A stretch of DNA of 64,000 nt from Neoechinorhynchus agilis (GCA_051530055.1 CM121341.1:14610784-14674783), one strand, 5' to 3'. Positions 50,813 through 64,000 are shown, counted from the first letter of the stretch. Notes: generated from the sequence alone by a model not told the origin. Numbers and translations: made by a program.

Positions 50813-52346
50813 GTTATCCGGGAGTTCGTTTTAACGCAAAGTTTTTAGTACTTTATCTTATTGAGTCATACACGAAACGGCATTTGCTCTTTCGTAAAGC
50901 TCACCATTTAACGTCAATTGGACTTTGGATTTCAATTTGAAAGAGATTGGTTGAGCGGCATTTTGAGGTACATTTAAGATGTATTGTGGATGGCCGGTAT
51001 CTTATTTTAGACCAAGGTGAATATTTTTTCTAAAAAACTGGTCCTTATAAGAGTTGTTTTTGCGTGAGATTAAAATATTTTCCAAAAATGTCTGTAGTGT
51101 TAAAAATAAACCATCAAGTCACAGTGATTCTGTGTGATCACGTATAAAAAAAGTTAAAATAGTTGTTGCCGAATACAAACAGTTGATAACAAAAAAAGGA
51201 TGAAATCTAAAAGTTCTACTTTTAAGGTTTTGTGCTGAATTTACAAAGTATATTTGCACTCAGGTAGATTACCAATAGTTTAAATTCCGCGAAGAAGCGA
51301 AATGTTATTAAGACTGATCTACTGGACAAATTAGCTTAGAAATTTTGGTAAAACTCTTTCAAAAATATGGATTAACAAGCTTTAAAATTATTTTTTACTG
51401 ACACGATGTTTGTTTGGGCCTGCATAAAAATAAACTTCATCATTGTTTTTCTTTTTGTTTTGAACTTCAAATTATTCGTTTGTTAGCGATTTTGCTTAAA
51501 AGAGGAAATATAGATGTGTAGTGTCAATTAAAATTTTTGCCGTGCAATGTATTTTTATCCGAATTCCACGTTTATTTGTTTTCTCGTTAAACTTTAGTTA
51601 AGCAGTGTGTCTCTCAACAACGATATGCGTTTAAATGCATGAAAAATAGGGAATATTCGATTATTGACGAATAAACATATTTGTGTTAAAAGATAAGGTA
51701 TTCTATCAAAAGTATCAAGAGGCAGTTTATCTAAAGCTTAGACGTTCAATGTACAGATTAGGCGGCTTACAATGAACGGGCGTCCTTGAACAAGGGAACA
51801 AAAATCGTACTTTTCAAGGATCAACTTGGTATTTTGGCCACAAATATAAAAACAATATTTATGCTACAGATATTATGTAAGGCAGCAGAACCATAAGGTC
51901 AGCAGAAAGATCATCACGATCTTCAATGCATGTCCAGATTTATAATACGAAAGGTGGAGGGTTCACTTAAGCGACACGCCATTTGAGCATTCCTCGAGGG
52001 CATATGATTAGATGTAAAAGCAGGTCACCAATGGCGTAGAAAGACAATCCTCGAAAGCGATGGAGCATTAGGGAAAGGGTGTAACTCCACCTTGGTATGT
52101 TCATCATCATCCTTGAAACCCAAGAACGCGAAAGCGTTCGATTGCTCGCACACACAAGCTTCCATTTTCGATAAAGTGTGATGACAACGGTTCATTTATG
52201 GCTCGGGAGGATCGAGAACTTAATGCATATCCTTGACAATTATGTGCGTGCTGGCGGGGCGACGCTTAAATGATATTCTTGCAGCAGTGTTCGATGAGAC
52301 ATTCTTATTCTCTCTTATACCTTCATACACACCATCAGAAGTATAT

Positions 52347-54390
52347 ATGCTCCATCCAGAAGACGGTTCGGACATTTTAGTTATGGACGATGGAGTTGTT
52401 GGTGAGCTTGGTTATGAAGATCAGGACGAAGATGACACTGGATTTGATTTGCTTCTTCGTTGTCCAGTTTGTCTTGATCAATACTGTGACCCACGCATGC
52501 TTCCATGCCAACATTCGTTCTGTCGATCTTGTCTTGAGAAGATCTCTGATGATAGATGGGGTCGGTGTCCGGTTTGTCGACAACTTTTCAGAGTTCCTTG
52601 CACAGCGGGTGTAGCTGGACTTGATATAAATCGGACTATTGTTGGACTTATCGAGAGTTCGGCTAAACGGAATGCGGCCCTAATGAAAAAATGCGAAGGC
52701 GGTAGACGGAGAAAGACGGAATCGAACACCAGTTGTATTTCTTTAGAAGCTCGTTGTTCAGAATGCAGACAAGATCATATGAAACTAAGAGCTTGTGTTC
52801 ATTGCAAAGATGCACTTTGTCATCATTGTAGACGGCATCATTATGATCAACTCAGTTCTTACTTGAAAATTAAACTCAGCGAAGTACAATACGAAATATC
52901 GTCTCTGATTGATTTCAACACTTGCTCTATCGAGCGAAATGAAGCTGGAATCGACAGTTGCGAAGTTATTTCAAAGGAAATAAAAAACAAAGTCGATCTG
53001 ATCGAGCAGTGTATTAATCAACAAAAAGATATTCTTCTATTGCAACTCAAAAATATACGACAAGAAAAACAAAAGTCCGGTTTTAGTGTTGTTGCTTTTA
53101 AGTTTTTAAAAACCAAAATTTAGGGTCATTGTGGATTCAAGACAGCAACTCAAGGAACTCGAAGGTATAAAGGAGTTTTGCGAATCATCAAAAGGATATC
53201 TTTTGAGGTGATCTATTTTCTATTTTTTCAATGCTCGATATTACTCAAATAGAGCGGATGAAACGGACGAGGAGGTCATTAGCATTGTCAGACGATGTGA
53301 AGATTGTGTCATTAGGACAAAGAAGATGAACAAAACAGGAAATATTGATGTGGACAAATGCCGACTTCAACCCAACGATACGGTATGATTAAAAAATTCG
53401 TTTTCACACGTCCGCCTCACACACCTTTTAAAAAAGCTCCACTTTTATGACAAACCAATCGATTTCGATGACCTATTTCTCGGATTTCTTCACACCCATA
53501 TTCCATCGGCAATCGATAGACCCAGTCCCCCGTCACCCAAAACGCTCAAAACTGTCGTTCAATCACTTACTAACAGTTCCGTAAATTTATCATTCACACC
53601 ATTTGGTCTCGCGTTAACCCGATCTTGCTTATTCATTGTCGATTCCCAATACAATCGAATTCATCAATGGTCACATACACGCGATTGTCGGACTTCCACC
53701 AAGTTTTATCGTCTCAATACTCTTGAACATCCATTACTTAACCAACCGTTCGGTATTCATATCACTGGTCATCGTTTATACGTCCTTGATTGTAGTCACA
53801 GGCAACCTATAAAGATTTTCGATCATTCAATGAGGTTCATAAGTGCTTTTACATCAAATGAGCATAAACTAAAACGCCCCGTTTCGATATGTGCTGATGA
53901 AAAAACAAACGAACTCTTCATTCTGGATGCAGGACAACATTGTGTATTTGTTTATGACCTCAATAGCTATAGTGCTGAACCAAAACATCATTGGGGATCT
54001 CTTGGAACAGGACCAGGTCAATTCAAGTGCCCCTCGTCTATTCGTCTGATGGTGACTTGTGGCAGCCTCATTGTTTCGGACTATGGTAACCAACGAGTGC
54101 AAGTGTTTACGAGCGCCGGAGATGCCCTCCTTAGTTTTCAGACGACTGAAAGACCAATTGGTACTCTTATGGCGGACGATACTATTTATGTCCTCTCGAG
54201 ACGAGGGATTGATTGCTATGGAACCAATGGAAAACTTCTTTCAAGTGTTACAGTCAAACGCTATTGTTTCGCAGGGTCAGTTTGCGCTTGGGACTTTGTA
54301 CAAGTGGAACCGAATACGTTCGTAGTGTCCGACACTGTCTCACAAAAACTAAGAATTTTGAAATTCCCAGTGAAGCAAAACGGAATTTAA
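52347..54390 (+). CDS. RING / B-box-like / coiled-coil / NHL-repeat protein (TRIM-NHL, NHL-1-like), four exons
   Basis: RING CPVCLDQYCDPRMLPCQHSFCRSCL...CPVC; CSEC...CVHCKDALCHHCRRHH; NHL repeats LKRPVSICAD...ILDAGQHCV, GSLGTGPGQFKCPSSI...VSDYGNQRVQVF; three GT-AG introns join in frame. Confidence 0.88.
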
Positions 54391-54394
54391 TTTA

Positions 54395-55944
54395 TTAAAT
54401 TATATGTTTGACTTTCTCATAAACAATGAAAAACTAAATTTAAAGATTTAGAAGTAGAAGCGCGTTAAAGAGCAAACCGTTGTGTTCCATGGAGCCAATC
54501 TTAACCACAGTGGGATAAATCCCTTATAAAGAGCAAGGTATCCTTCGTTTTTGACGGTCTGTGAAAAAACGAACCATGATTCCTTATACAAGGATTTTAA
54601 ATTCTTGCCTGCTTTACGCAATCCCATCCGTTCTTATAGATGATGGTCTTAGCGGCGTCAGTGGAGGAAACGAACTTTCTTTGGTTCATCAAACGAGTCT
54701 TATGATCCCAGTTTCAAAGTCAGCAAGCATTTCAAAGTTTTCTTACCCTTATTACATCAATGGGATTCGTTGCAATTGTGCCTGCTAAACCAGCTACGAC
54801 ACTAGCCCTAAATGCACAACCGTCTCTAATTCTGAAGTAATCAAATCAATCTAACCAAAAATGAGTAAAAATATTATCCTTGCCCAACTCTCTTCTCAAA
54901 ATCATCCTTTTCGCCCAATCGTAAACACCTAACTCAACTCCAGTCACTATTGCTCCTCGTTGAGTCGTCTGGACGGCTCCCTATAAAACTCGTTTTCTAT
55001 TTAACCCGGAAACGTGACTGCGAAGACAATACTCACTCGATATAAACCTCTAAAACGCTCCTTTTCGTAGATATCAACAAAATGCCTAACCATAGACTTC
55101 TTTTCGACTGTTTTGGACGCCGCTTGTAGCCGAACCTGTACAAGTAAACCAAGTTACAAGAAAGTTCTGAATATTTGTTTGAATATCGAAATCGAGTCTC
55201 GCGCTCTTGGTAATAAGTCAAAAATGTTTTTGAGACTTTTTGGTTCATATTTCAGAAACAGCGCCTTTGGATACGGTACAGTTTCGATCCATATACACCT
55301 CAGAATTTTTCTTATTGTAATTCACAGGTTAAGATCGTATATTTAGATAAAATTATGATATGATTCGGGAATAAAACGGAAGTTCGTTTAAAAATAAGCG
55401 AGAATTTATGGATCAAGATACGTATTTGAGCGACTTCGGCACTTACTTTGAGCACATCGGTTGGATTAGCGATGCATCCAGCGCATCCGCCTGCGCACAT
55501 TCCCGACAGGATTGCAGTAAACAGCGTATGTTCTTTAAAGACAAAGAAACATTATACAAAATATAAAATGGACAAACGCTGATTTTCTCCCACGAAAATT
55601 CGTCCAAAGAAATTATAGAAGCCCATTTTTAAAGTTCCATAAGTCGCTTGTCTTAAAACAGCAGGGGAAAGGCCGTTGTATAAAGCTCTTGGTCCCTCTT
55701 CTCGAGAGATTGTTACGAATGCATGAAGCATTCCTCGATATTTCAATGTAGTCAAATTCGCATCAATGATTTGACCTTGTAATTGCAACCTTGTCTTTGT
55801 GAGATCGAATGGAAATGATACTAAAAGGTGATGGCTTTTAAGTTAAATCGACGTTTTTATAATTACGAGACCTAGCTCTGCGGTTATTGAAGCCACACCA
55901 CCCCATACAAACGGTTTCCATCTTGGGTGTTCAGATTGGGTCAT
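54395..55944 (-). CDS. SLC25A30: Mitochondrial carrier, SLC25A30/SLC25A14 (KMCP1/UCP5)-like; seven exons
   Basis: [105 protein letters not shown]; all introns in frame (one GC-AG). Confidence 0.9.
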
Positions 55945-58900
55945 TTCTGAAAAGGAAACAGCGATACAGTACTTAGAGAAGTCTTGTACAAAGAGAGGGG
56001 ATGAGTGAACAGAGAAACTACGTAAGGTTTTTCTGTAGTAGACGACGTGTAAAGCTTATAAAGTGGATGAAGAACATGTCATCCAGTCACTGGTTCGTTT
56101 TTTATATTGCGGTTATCGTTACTTAAATACAAAAAAAAGTTAGACACACTTGATCATTTTTGCAGGGCTGTCGGAACCTAGTGGTTAGGTGAGCTTTTGA
56201 TTTTTTCATAGACTTTCCCCATTCATAAATATTCCTTAAAAAGTTTTCAAAGGTAATTAAAATAATTTGTAGATACTTAAGGATAAGGGTTATTTTCAGT
56301 CTATAATGGATCTTATGATCGCCATTCGGATCGACGAATTGTTCTCAACAAGCGTATCATCTAGACAGAATTAAAAACCAGGAAAAAGATATCGACATTG
56401 TAAGACAAAAAGATTAGCGATAATCTTGGAAACATTGCTCTTCCGTCAAAGACGTTCAACATAATCGCGATCCATCGCGCTTTTGCATATGATTACGACA
56501 AATATTCTTTTACCCATAAATCGTTGTCTTGATAAGTTCGCAAAATGCCTATGGCGCTCCGGTATTCATAGTAATTCAGATACCGATTACGTATAAAGAT
56601 CTAAGTAGCTAATATTAGAGATCCCATTTAAATTTATACAAACGCATTTACTGTTTACGGTTTTTGTGATAATTCATCGTGGTTTTAAAATTCACCCTGC
56701 CATGCTACAGAGTTTTCATCGATGGGATTCAATCGTTGATCAATTGTGAAATGCTGAATTTCCACAAACCTTAACAGTCAATCACTCTAACATCTAATTT
56801 GATGTTTCGATATCGGTTAAAATGGGCTTGAAACAAAAGAAACAATACTGAACCATTGATCTTATAACGTCAATGGTAACGATTTAAATTAAGCAATTCC
56901 CCAAAAATGTGATGTGTTTAAAGAGGAATCCTGGTAATTTCGTGGCAGACAGGAAAGATCGTTTATAGCTGAGACACAAGAGATGATCAACAAAACACCT
57001 TCGAAAAAGGACGAAACTTGATGCGATACAAATAATGACTATTCTGAACACGATGGATAATAAAAATATGGAGCTTACTCGATTTCTCGATAGCGATACT
57101 AAAGAGCCAGAGGCACAAAAATGTCGAAATGGAATTCGTGAATTTAAACCTAATTAAGATTGCCAAAAATAAATGAGTATCTGTACTCATTACGAGAACT
57201 GCTTACAGTATTCAATATTTATGTTTTACTTTAATTTCAAAACTGTATTTTCGTGTCCTAAAGTCGTTTATTATGCCGCGGAAATAATGTGGAGATAAAT
57301 ATCGATCGAAACATCGTGGTAATTTGTTTTAGTGATGCATTCTGGATAGACCACTTTTAAACCCGAAAATGCTCTTTCATTCTCTACATATAACAAAAAT
57401 CTCCTATTTTCGGTCGAACCCATTCTGCAAAAATTGAACGCCGATTTATAAGTTTCCTTATTTCTAGTTCTGAGCGCAGGCAAAACAGATTCCTGTTATG
57501 CTCCGCAAAATTCTGATCTAATTTTTTAAAGCTCTCTCGCAATCCTATCGCCCCCTTAACGGTGTTCAGGATCCGAAAAATGGCATTTAAGAAAATCTAA
57601 GAACTGCGGATAAATTACTTTTCGAGCAAATATCATCAATTTGGTATTATAAGTAATGACTAAGAAAATCATTTGGCCGTTTGCCTTACTTTTGAATCCA
57701 GGGGACCAAATATAAAATCTTTCAATGAACACCAATAAAAAAGAGATTCAAATCGCATTCTTTGGCGTTGGTGCGATTTCGCCGATTTAAAAGTACTGTA
57801 AAAATTTGCGAAATTCAAATTATGATAACATTCATTTCAGTATTTTTAAATTTAATTCTAGGTAATCATTAAAACAATCTTAGAAAAAAATGAATTTTTT
57901 TATTATTTCTTAGTTCGATCACTAAATGTTTAACCGAAGATACAACCACTTATTGAAAAAACACTAACAACATCCATTTAGTGTTTTAGAATCATTAGTT
58001 CTCCAATATCGAACTTCATTCGTCAGTGACGCGAACCACCATTATTTCTATAGTGAACGCTCTTCATCGAGATTCTCGTTAACGATCTACACAATGTGGA
58101 AAAGACATGAAAATTGAATCACTTTAAAAAACAGTCACCATGATGCTGTCAAAATAATCGGAACTAAAGTGCAAGGATACTTTCAGCGGAGCTAAGAAAC
58201 TGAATAGTAGAAATCATCCATCACCACTTTTTCATCTGAAACAAACGAACGCGTGCAGTTTTATTGGCTTATAGTCGTAAATGCGCGAATGATCACGCAA
58301 ATGTTCCATATATTTCTTCCGTAGAAACCGTCGGTCCGTGACCCATTTAAGCACCTTCTTTTGTCGCCTGTTCGTTGACGTTTAGACTTGACACGCGATC
58401 TCAAATGGTCTTTCCGGCATTCAAGTTATCTATGTTTTTGATTGGCGTTGGTGGCTTTGTTTAAGAATTTGATTTTTTACAACTTGCCTTTCCAATGTCC
58501 ATCAGACTATCACATCTGAATGAAAGCTTTAATTCTTCGAAGAATTCGCCAACTTATGTTAATATCCCAAATGCATTGTTTTTGGACATTTTTACGAAAA
58601 TAAGAGGGACAAAGGCTTGCGTTCTAAATTCTTAACCAGGATTAAAAATAATATCAAGCTGTTTTTATAAAAGGTACGGAAACTTGAGTTTTGTTTCCTC
58701 TAAGATTCAATAAAAATTTTAAAAATTCGCCTCTTTTTTCACGGCGGAAAAAAATTGAAATAATTCATAAGATCCGATGTTTTGGCACAATATTGTACCT
58801 TTATCAAGTTTGTTTGGAAGTTTTTACTCCGCCATAAAAAAACATAATTCAATCTTCAAACTTTAGTCTATTTTATTCAATATTTCCAATTTTAAACTAA

Positions 58901-59014
58901 TTCAGCATACTCAATGATCCATTGACTAATGGAGGAAAATATTTACCGATAATTCGCGAAAGTGTATTGTGAAGCGTTTCAGTGTACGGACATTTTGATT
59001 TTGCAATTATAGAT

Positions 59015-60067
59015 ATGGCTGATGATAAAAAGCCGTTAAAAGCACCTCCCGGTGTGCATTTAATAGCTGGCAGGTGAGTTACTATTCTGGAGATTTAATA
59101 ATTGAATTTTCAATGAAAAAACCCAGTTCAGCGGCTCTAATTGCCTGCCTCACTGTCAGCCCTCTGGATGTTGTAAAGACTCGAATGCAATCGTCCGACA
59201 AATTAGGTCTTCCTCCACTCAATGGTCGCCGTTCGAATTCAATAGTCAAAAGCGTAGTGTGTGTCCGTGAGTCACCAACGTGAGCACTCTCTTATCCTTT
59301 GCCCTAGGCATGTTTTTCGAAATGAAGGACTGCGAGCTTTATTTAAAGGAGTTATACCCACAATAGGCGGTATGATGCCTTCTAGGGCGATATATTTCCA
59401 TTGTTATGCCAACACAAAGGACTATATTGGAAGCCAATCTACCGGGAGTCCATTGACGGATGGCGTGTCGTCTCTATTGGCCGGGGTCACGACTTCAACA
59501 TGCGTCGCACCTTTATGGTTCATTCGGACTCGTCTACAATTGGCCGAAGGTCGTCGGACGATCAGTGAAGTTGTCTCGGACACTTACCGCAAAGAAGGAA
59601 TTCGTGCTTTCTATCGAGGATTATTGGCGAGTTACTGTGGATCACTAGAAACCGTAACCTTTTTCGTTCTTTATGAAGATTGGAAAAGGGCTCTACGTCG
59701 TCATAGACCAATTGAACATCAAAACGATTTTAGTCTTTTTGAAACTCTGTCCGCATCGATAACATGTAGTGAAGCGTTGCTGTCATGTTAAACCTAAAAC
59801 GACAGCCACGACTCCAATAAAGCCACGGCTTCTGCTTTATTCTATCCACATGAAGTAGTGCGGACGCGGCAACGGCAAGTAAATGGCCCATACAAAGGTA
59901 TCGTACAAACTTTAAAATTGATTTTAAAGAACGAAGGATATTTCGCTTTATATTCTGGATTTAAGACCAGTATTGTGAGGCAGATACCAAGTACCGCTAT
60001 AACAATGAGTGTCTATGAGTTCATTGTTAAAGCCCTCAGCCCCTCGTCCAAGAAGGAAAGTGTATGA
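59015..60067 (+). CDS. SLC25A36: Mitochondrial pyrimidine nucleotide carrier, SLC25A33/36 (Rim2)-like; four exons
   Basis: HLIAG...SPLDVVKTRMQS, EGLRALFKG...PSRAIYF, PLWFIRTRLQL, YPHEVVRTRQRQ, LVRQIP-like IVRQIPSTAI. Confidence 0.85.
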
Positions 60068-60361
60068 ATTTTGTTAGGTTGGTATAAAAGTTAAAACGGC
60101 ATATTTTTTGATGAAAATAAAATTTAATCGCCAAGTCTGAATACGCTCTATTGTTTGTTGAAAAGTTTTAAATTAGTTCTAATTTGCGAATGCTTAATTG
60201 TTTTATCGATAATCGAATAAAAAAAATTTCATTTTTGCACAAAGTCTACCTTTTATATCTATTGCTAATCTTTGACATATAAAAACTTGCTATTATATAA
60301 AGAAAAATTAAGCTTATTAGGGAATGTGTTTTGCTCTTAAACTATGATAGGTTTCAAAAGT

Positions 60362-61624
60362 TTATTCGACGGCATTCCAATCAGAAAGATCGCTGAAAAA
60401 TTCATTCCAAATTATCCCTTTTACACGCGTGACTAGAATAAAATCGTATATTGCAAATTCGTTTGAACAATCGAACGTTTTCGCAAAGTGAAATGCTACA
60501 TTGGCGTTTGATTTAACAACACCGGACACATAGTGTCCTAGTCTGCCATAATCCAACTAATAATCCAGTTTATCCAATAGTGGGCATGCTTCCTTCCTGT
60601 CCGAAAACCTTTGATCTTCAAAATAATCCCTGAGTTGATTTTGATGATATGTAATGTCTTTGGCACCCATTCGACACCCATTGACTGTTATACCTTCGCC
60701 GAGATAAATCGCGATTACACTGGTTAGAATTCCTGATTTCAAACGCGTTGCCAGTGGAACGCCTCGGAAACATACTGATTTCAGCTTAGGAAAGTTTTTT
60801 AAGACTACAATCGATTCCCAATCGTCGACGTTCGTATTATTGAACGAGATCTTTTTAAGCTGTGTAAAAATGTTCTGACACATTCCAATAGCCATTTGAT
60901 CAATTCGGCTAATCGGGTTATTGGCGAGAATTAGCTCTTTCATGTTGGGAAAAGCTCGTCCGAGTTTTCTTACTTGTTCGCCAGATTGAACTAAATTGTC
61001 GCATAAGTTCAATACTTCGAGTTTTTTATGCTGGAATGTATCTGAAACATCGATTTCTTGAATACCATTCATGCTTAAACTCAGTTCAGTAACATTTGGA
61101 AGGCGTTGAAGGACAGATTGAATGGGTTTAAATGTCTTAAGATTCATTGAGTTTAAACAAAGGTAAGAAAGTGGTCTCCACGTGTATAGATCGTATTCAG
61201 TGTCGTCTATTTTCGAACCAAGTTGATTTCCAGTGAGATCCATTTGTCTAAGATAAGGCATACAATCAAGAAGCTGAAATACAATTTTCCAATCTTTTAT
61301 TTTATTTCTCTGGAGAGTTAATGTGGTTACTCGTTTGCACGTTTCTTTTATATATTCAAGCGATCCGAGTTCACAAATGCGATAGTCGTCGAGAGATAGC
61401 GAAAATGATGCCGATATGCGACCATCGGCCATTCGCTGTGGCGAATTCTCCTGTAGAACAAAATGTATATTTTGATTTCTGGCATGAATGAGATCATCTT
61501 CGATTGTGTCATAGCGATCGATAAAAGCCTCTACAAATGTACGATCACGGTGTTCTAGGGGTAGATCAAGCGGAGAATCTACTTGATCAACGATATTGGT
61601 GTTCGTGGTAATGTGTTTCGACAT
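60362..61624 (-). CDS. TBCEL: Tubulin-specific chaperone E-like (LRR + degenerate UBL), with an in-frame TAG at 60557-60559
   Basis: ETCKRVTTLTLQRNKIKDWKIV...PYLRQMDLTGNQL, LSLSMNG, FPNMKELILANNP, FNNTNVDDWESI...FPKLKSVCFRGVPL; YGRL...SNANVAFHF after the stop resembles the TBCEL C-terminus. Confidence 0.78.
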
Positions 61625-61677
61625 CTACAAAAAGAGAATTCAGACGGAAGATGTAAATATTAGAAATAGTTAAATGC

Positions 61678-63084
61678 TTAATGGTAGAATCCAAGTCGCT
61701 TAAAATCACGCGTTATAACGTTGACTACAATCTTTATGTTTCCCTCAGATCGTGTGCTTAGTTTGTGAAAATCTTCAGAGGTTTCGTCGGGGTTCAAAAT
61801 TTTTATTCCACCTCCCATTACACGTCTTCTTATTTCGTCAAACGTTCTTCCTGTAGCTTCAAAAAGGTCAACATGTCCAGTTTTGACAGGGGTCAATTTC
61901 GTAGAAGTTTGTGGAACGGCAAAATCTGTCTTTAAAAGTTCATCTCTCACTTTTAAGGAAATAGGGGAAATCATTACGCGTTTTAAAATTAACGCAATTT
62001 TAGCATATGGAAAATTTGCTTGTGATTTTTCTAAAGCACATAAATTTTAAAAGCGGTTGTGATATTTCAAAAGATTTGAGTCTTGTCTTTGTCCTAATAA
62101 TATCATTTTCCATCATATAGTTCTGAAAAGATAATGCTTACTTAATTAATCAACGACATTTATATTTAAGAAAACTTTAAATTAGTGCCTTAAAAAAGGG
62201 TTAATAAAGGAAGTTCGGTCTGTGAAGAAAAAATAATACCGTTCGCTAAATAGCACCAAACAAATCTGAGTCGTTAAAATTTCTTCATTTTATAAAATCA
62301 CCTTACTGCAACGAGTAAAATACAGAAATTTTTACACTTGCTGGACAAGTCGACCTTCAAATTTCTCGAATTTGGGAACCTTCGAAGCTTTTACGGGTAT
62401 CCACGTGGGACATACGATTTCATGATATCCTTCACTAGTTGGTAGATGTACACTGCAATATCCATGTGGAGCAAATTTTGATCCTCCGACATCACGATAT
62501 ATTTCCATGAAAAGTCTTGGCCATCCTTCGAAAGGTGATTCAAAGAAAGATTTAGTTGCGATTACCTTGAATGGTACTGGTAACGAAATGGAGATCAAAT
62601 GGGCAATTCCACATCGCTACTTTTCGATTGAATGCTGGAAGATCTAAGTGAGTTTGTCCTTGAAGATTACCTTGAACGCAATTCCATTCGGGTCCTGAAG
62701 AAATGGAAAATGTTTAATAAACAGTTGGATGAGCAGAAGAAAAGAAAACCTATTCCTCTCATGGGTTATGATAGAGAAAGAAATAATGTTTCGTTTACTG
62801 TTCGGGTGGAATTTCCGAACTCTCTTTCTCTCAATGATATTCTCCCTAAACGAACCCATAAGATTCTTGTACGACGATTTACTACGTTCAACAACTAAAC
62901 AAGATGACGTGGACGAGATAAATAGGGACCTGTTATTTACTGGCTTACGGGAACTTCAAAACCTGTGTACCGTGATTGGTCGCTTACCTGAACTGATCGA
63001 CCATTTACAACATAAATTATGATTCCCACAAAAATTGAACGCTGAATGAATCGAACCGAAAAAGTGCAGTTGAGCAGCAGTCAT
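61678..63084 (-). CDS. B9D2: B9 domain-containing protein 2 (ciliary transition zone); four exons, last junction anomalous
   Basis: AQLHFFGSIHSA...CCKWSI-G, GQTHLD...WNCPFDLHF...QGWPRL, GYCSVHLPTSEGYHEIVCPTW, RRVMGGG...ITRDFKRLG. Confidence 0.88.
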
Positions 63085-64000
63085 CTTTTTATGAACACAA
63101 TGAAGTTTGAGGAAGCCAAATGCGCGATCGTTTGTAAGGCGTTGTGTTACTAATCGGAGAAATCGTGTAAGTTTTAGTGTTCGCGTGCCGATTAGCGTAA
63201 TCTGGCGCATTGGAAGCCTACATTGAGTTGTTCTATTTCTAACTTGTATGATACCACCAGCACGTGCTCCAGATCTATTGAAAATGTCACACAGTTTCGC
63301 GAATATTGAGGTCTCCTCGTGTACAAACGATACCTAACGAAATGCACTTGATAGAGTATGGAGATAATAACACGATTAAAAAAAGAGATAAATTCACTAT
63401 TCCTGAAGTGTGAGACCCATTGTTTAAAACTTCGATCATCGTTCCATATGATGAAATCTTGTCATCTTGACTGTAAAAGGACTTTTCAACTGAACTATGT
63501 GTTTAATCTTCAAAAAAGTGACTCATTTTCGAAATTTTTTTAGTTAAAATAACTATTGATGATACTTTGAACATTCAGAACGTTCAACTAAATTCAAGCA
63601 AACGTTTTCGATTGCAAGTAAAACACTAAGATCACAATGTTTTTCACAAATTAAACGCGTTTTAATTGTACTTCTGAAAGTTACAACGTTTCGCTATATT
63701 CTTGTGTTTATCTGAATTTTTCAACTTCACTGATAGACATTGAATGATGTGCGTAAGATACTTTTATGCCCCAATGTTGTCGTTAATCAACCTTATGCGA
63801 TGAGAATCGACAGGAAAAGTGTTCAATGGTTGATACTCGGTCATTGGTTCATTTAATGGGACATTTCAGTAATTGAAGTAAGTTTTTTTGAGAATTTAAT
63901 TTCACCAATTAGTAGATTGCCCATTGCATTGGAAATCAAATTCGATGCTGATTTTCGGTGCAATCTTTAAGCGTGGTAATTTTTTCAGAGAATCATCGAG

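Noticed and set aside
56000-58450. Short ORFs between the two mitochondrial carriers
   Set aside because: No coherent exon chain or recognisable domain could be built.
59767-59822. SLC25A36 intron 3 as non-canonical (GT...TA or AG...AT)
   Set aside because: A canonical A|GTGAAG...AATAAAG|CC splice is in frame and length-matched, though it loses a usually conserved Lys.

Overview
AT-rich eukaryotic (metazoan) genomic DNA with compact genes and mostly 40-55 nt introns, interleaved with many decayed retroelements. The lineage cannot be fixed from this window. Recognisable host genes: a compact BRCA2, TDP-43, tRNA-Gly(CCC), a rhodopsin-type GPCR, p62/SQSTM1 (plus a truncated inverted copy), a pair of two-EF-hand genes (duplicated), a secreted LRR protein (plus a truncated inverted copy), TMCO1, an SLC52 riboflavin transporter, a RING/B-box/NHL protein, two mitochondrial carriers, TBCEL and B9D2. 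Repeats include RTE, L2/CR1-like, CRE-like (RLE), Penelope-like and Ty3/gypsy remnants, a 146+154 bp dimeric satellite, foldback elements and a collagen pseudogene. Most striking observation, from manual gene reconstruction: about 19 introns splice in frame as GT/GC-AG, but about six (TDP-43, GPCR, TMCO1, SLC52, SLC25A36-like, B9D2) leave the mRNA one base short at the best-looking GT...AG sites. In all six, keeping one G at the junction restores the frame. This could be non-canonical splicing, G insertion, use of weaker sites, or assembly error. Second theme: many start codons sit 0-2 nt after a 3' splice-acceptor-like AG, and some same-strand genes are nearly abutting, suggesting SL trans-splicing and operons. 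All family assignments are from motif recognition by eye; no searches were run.
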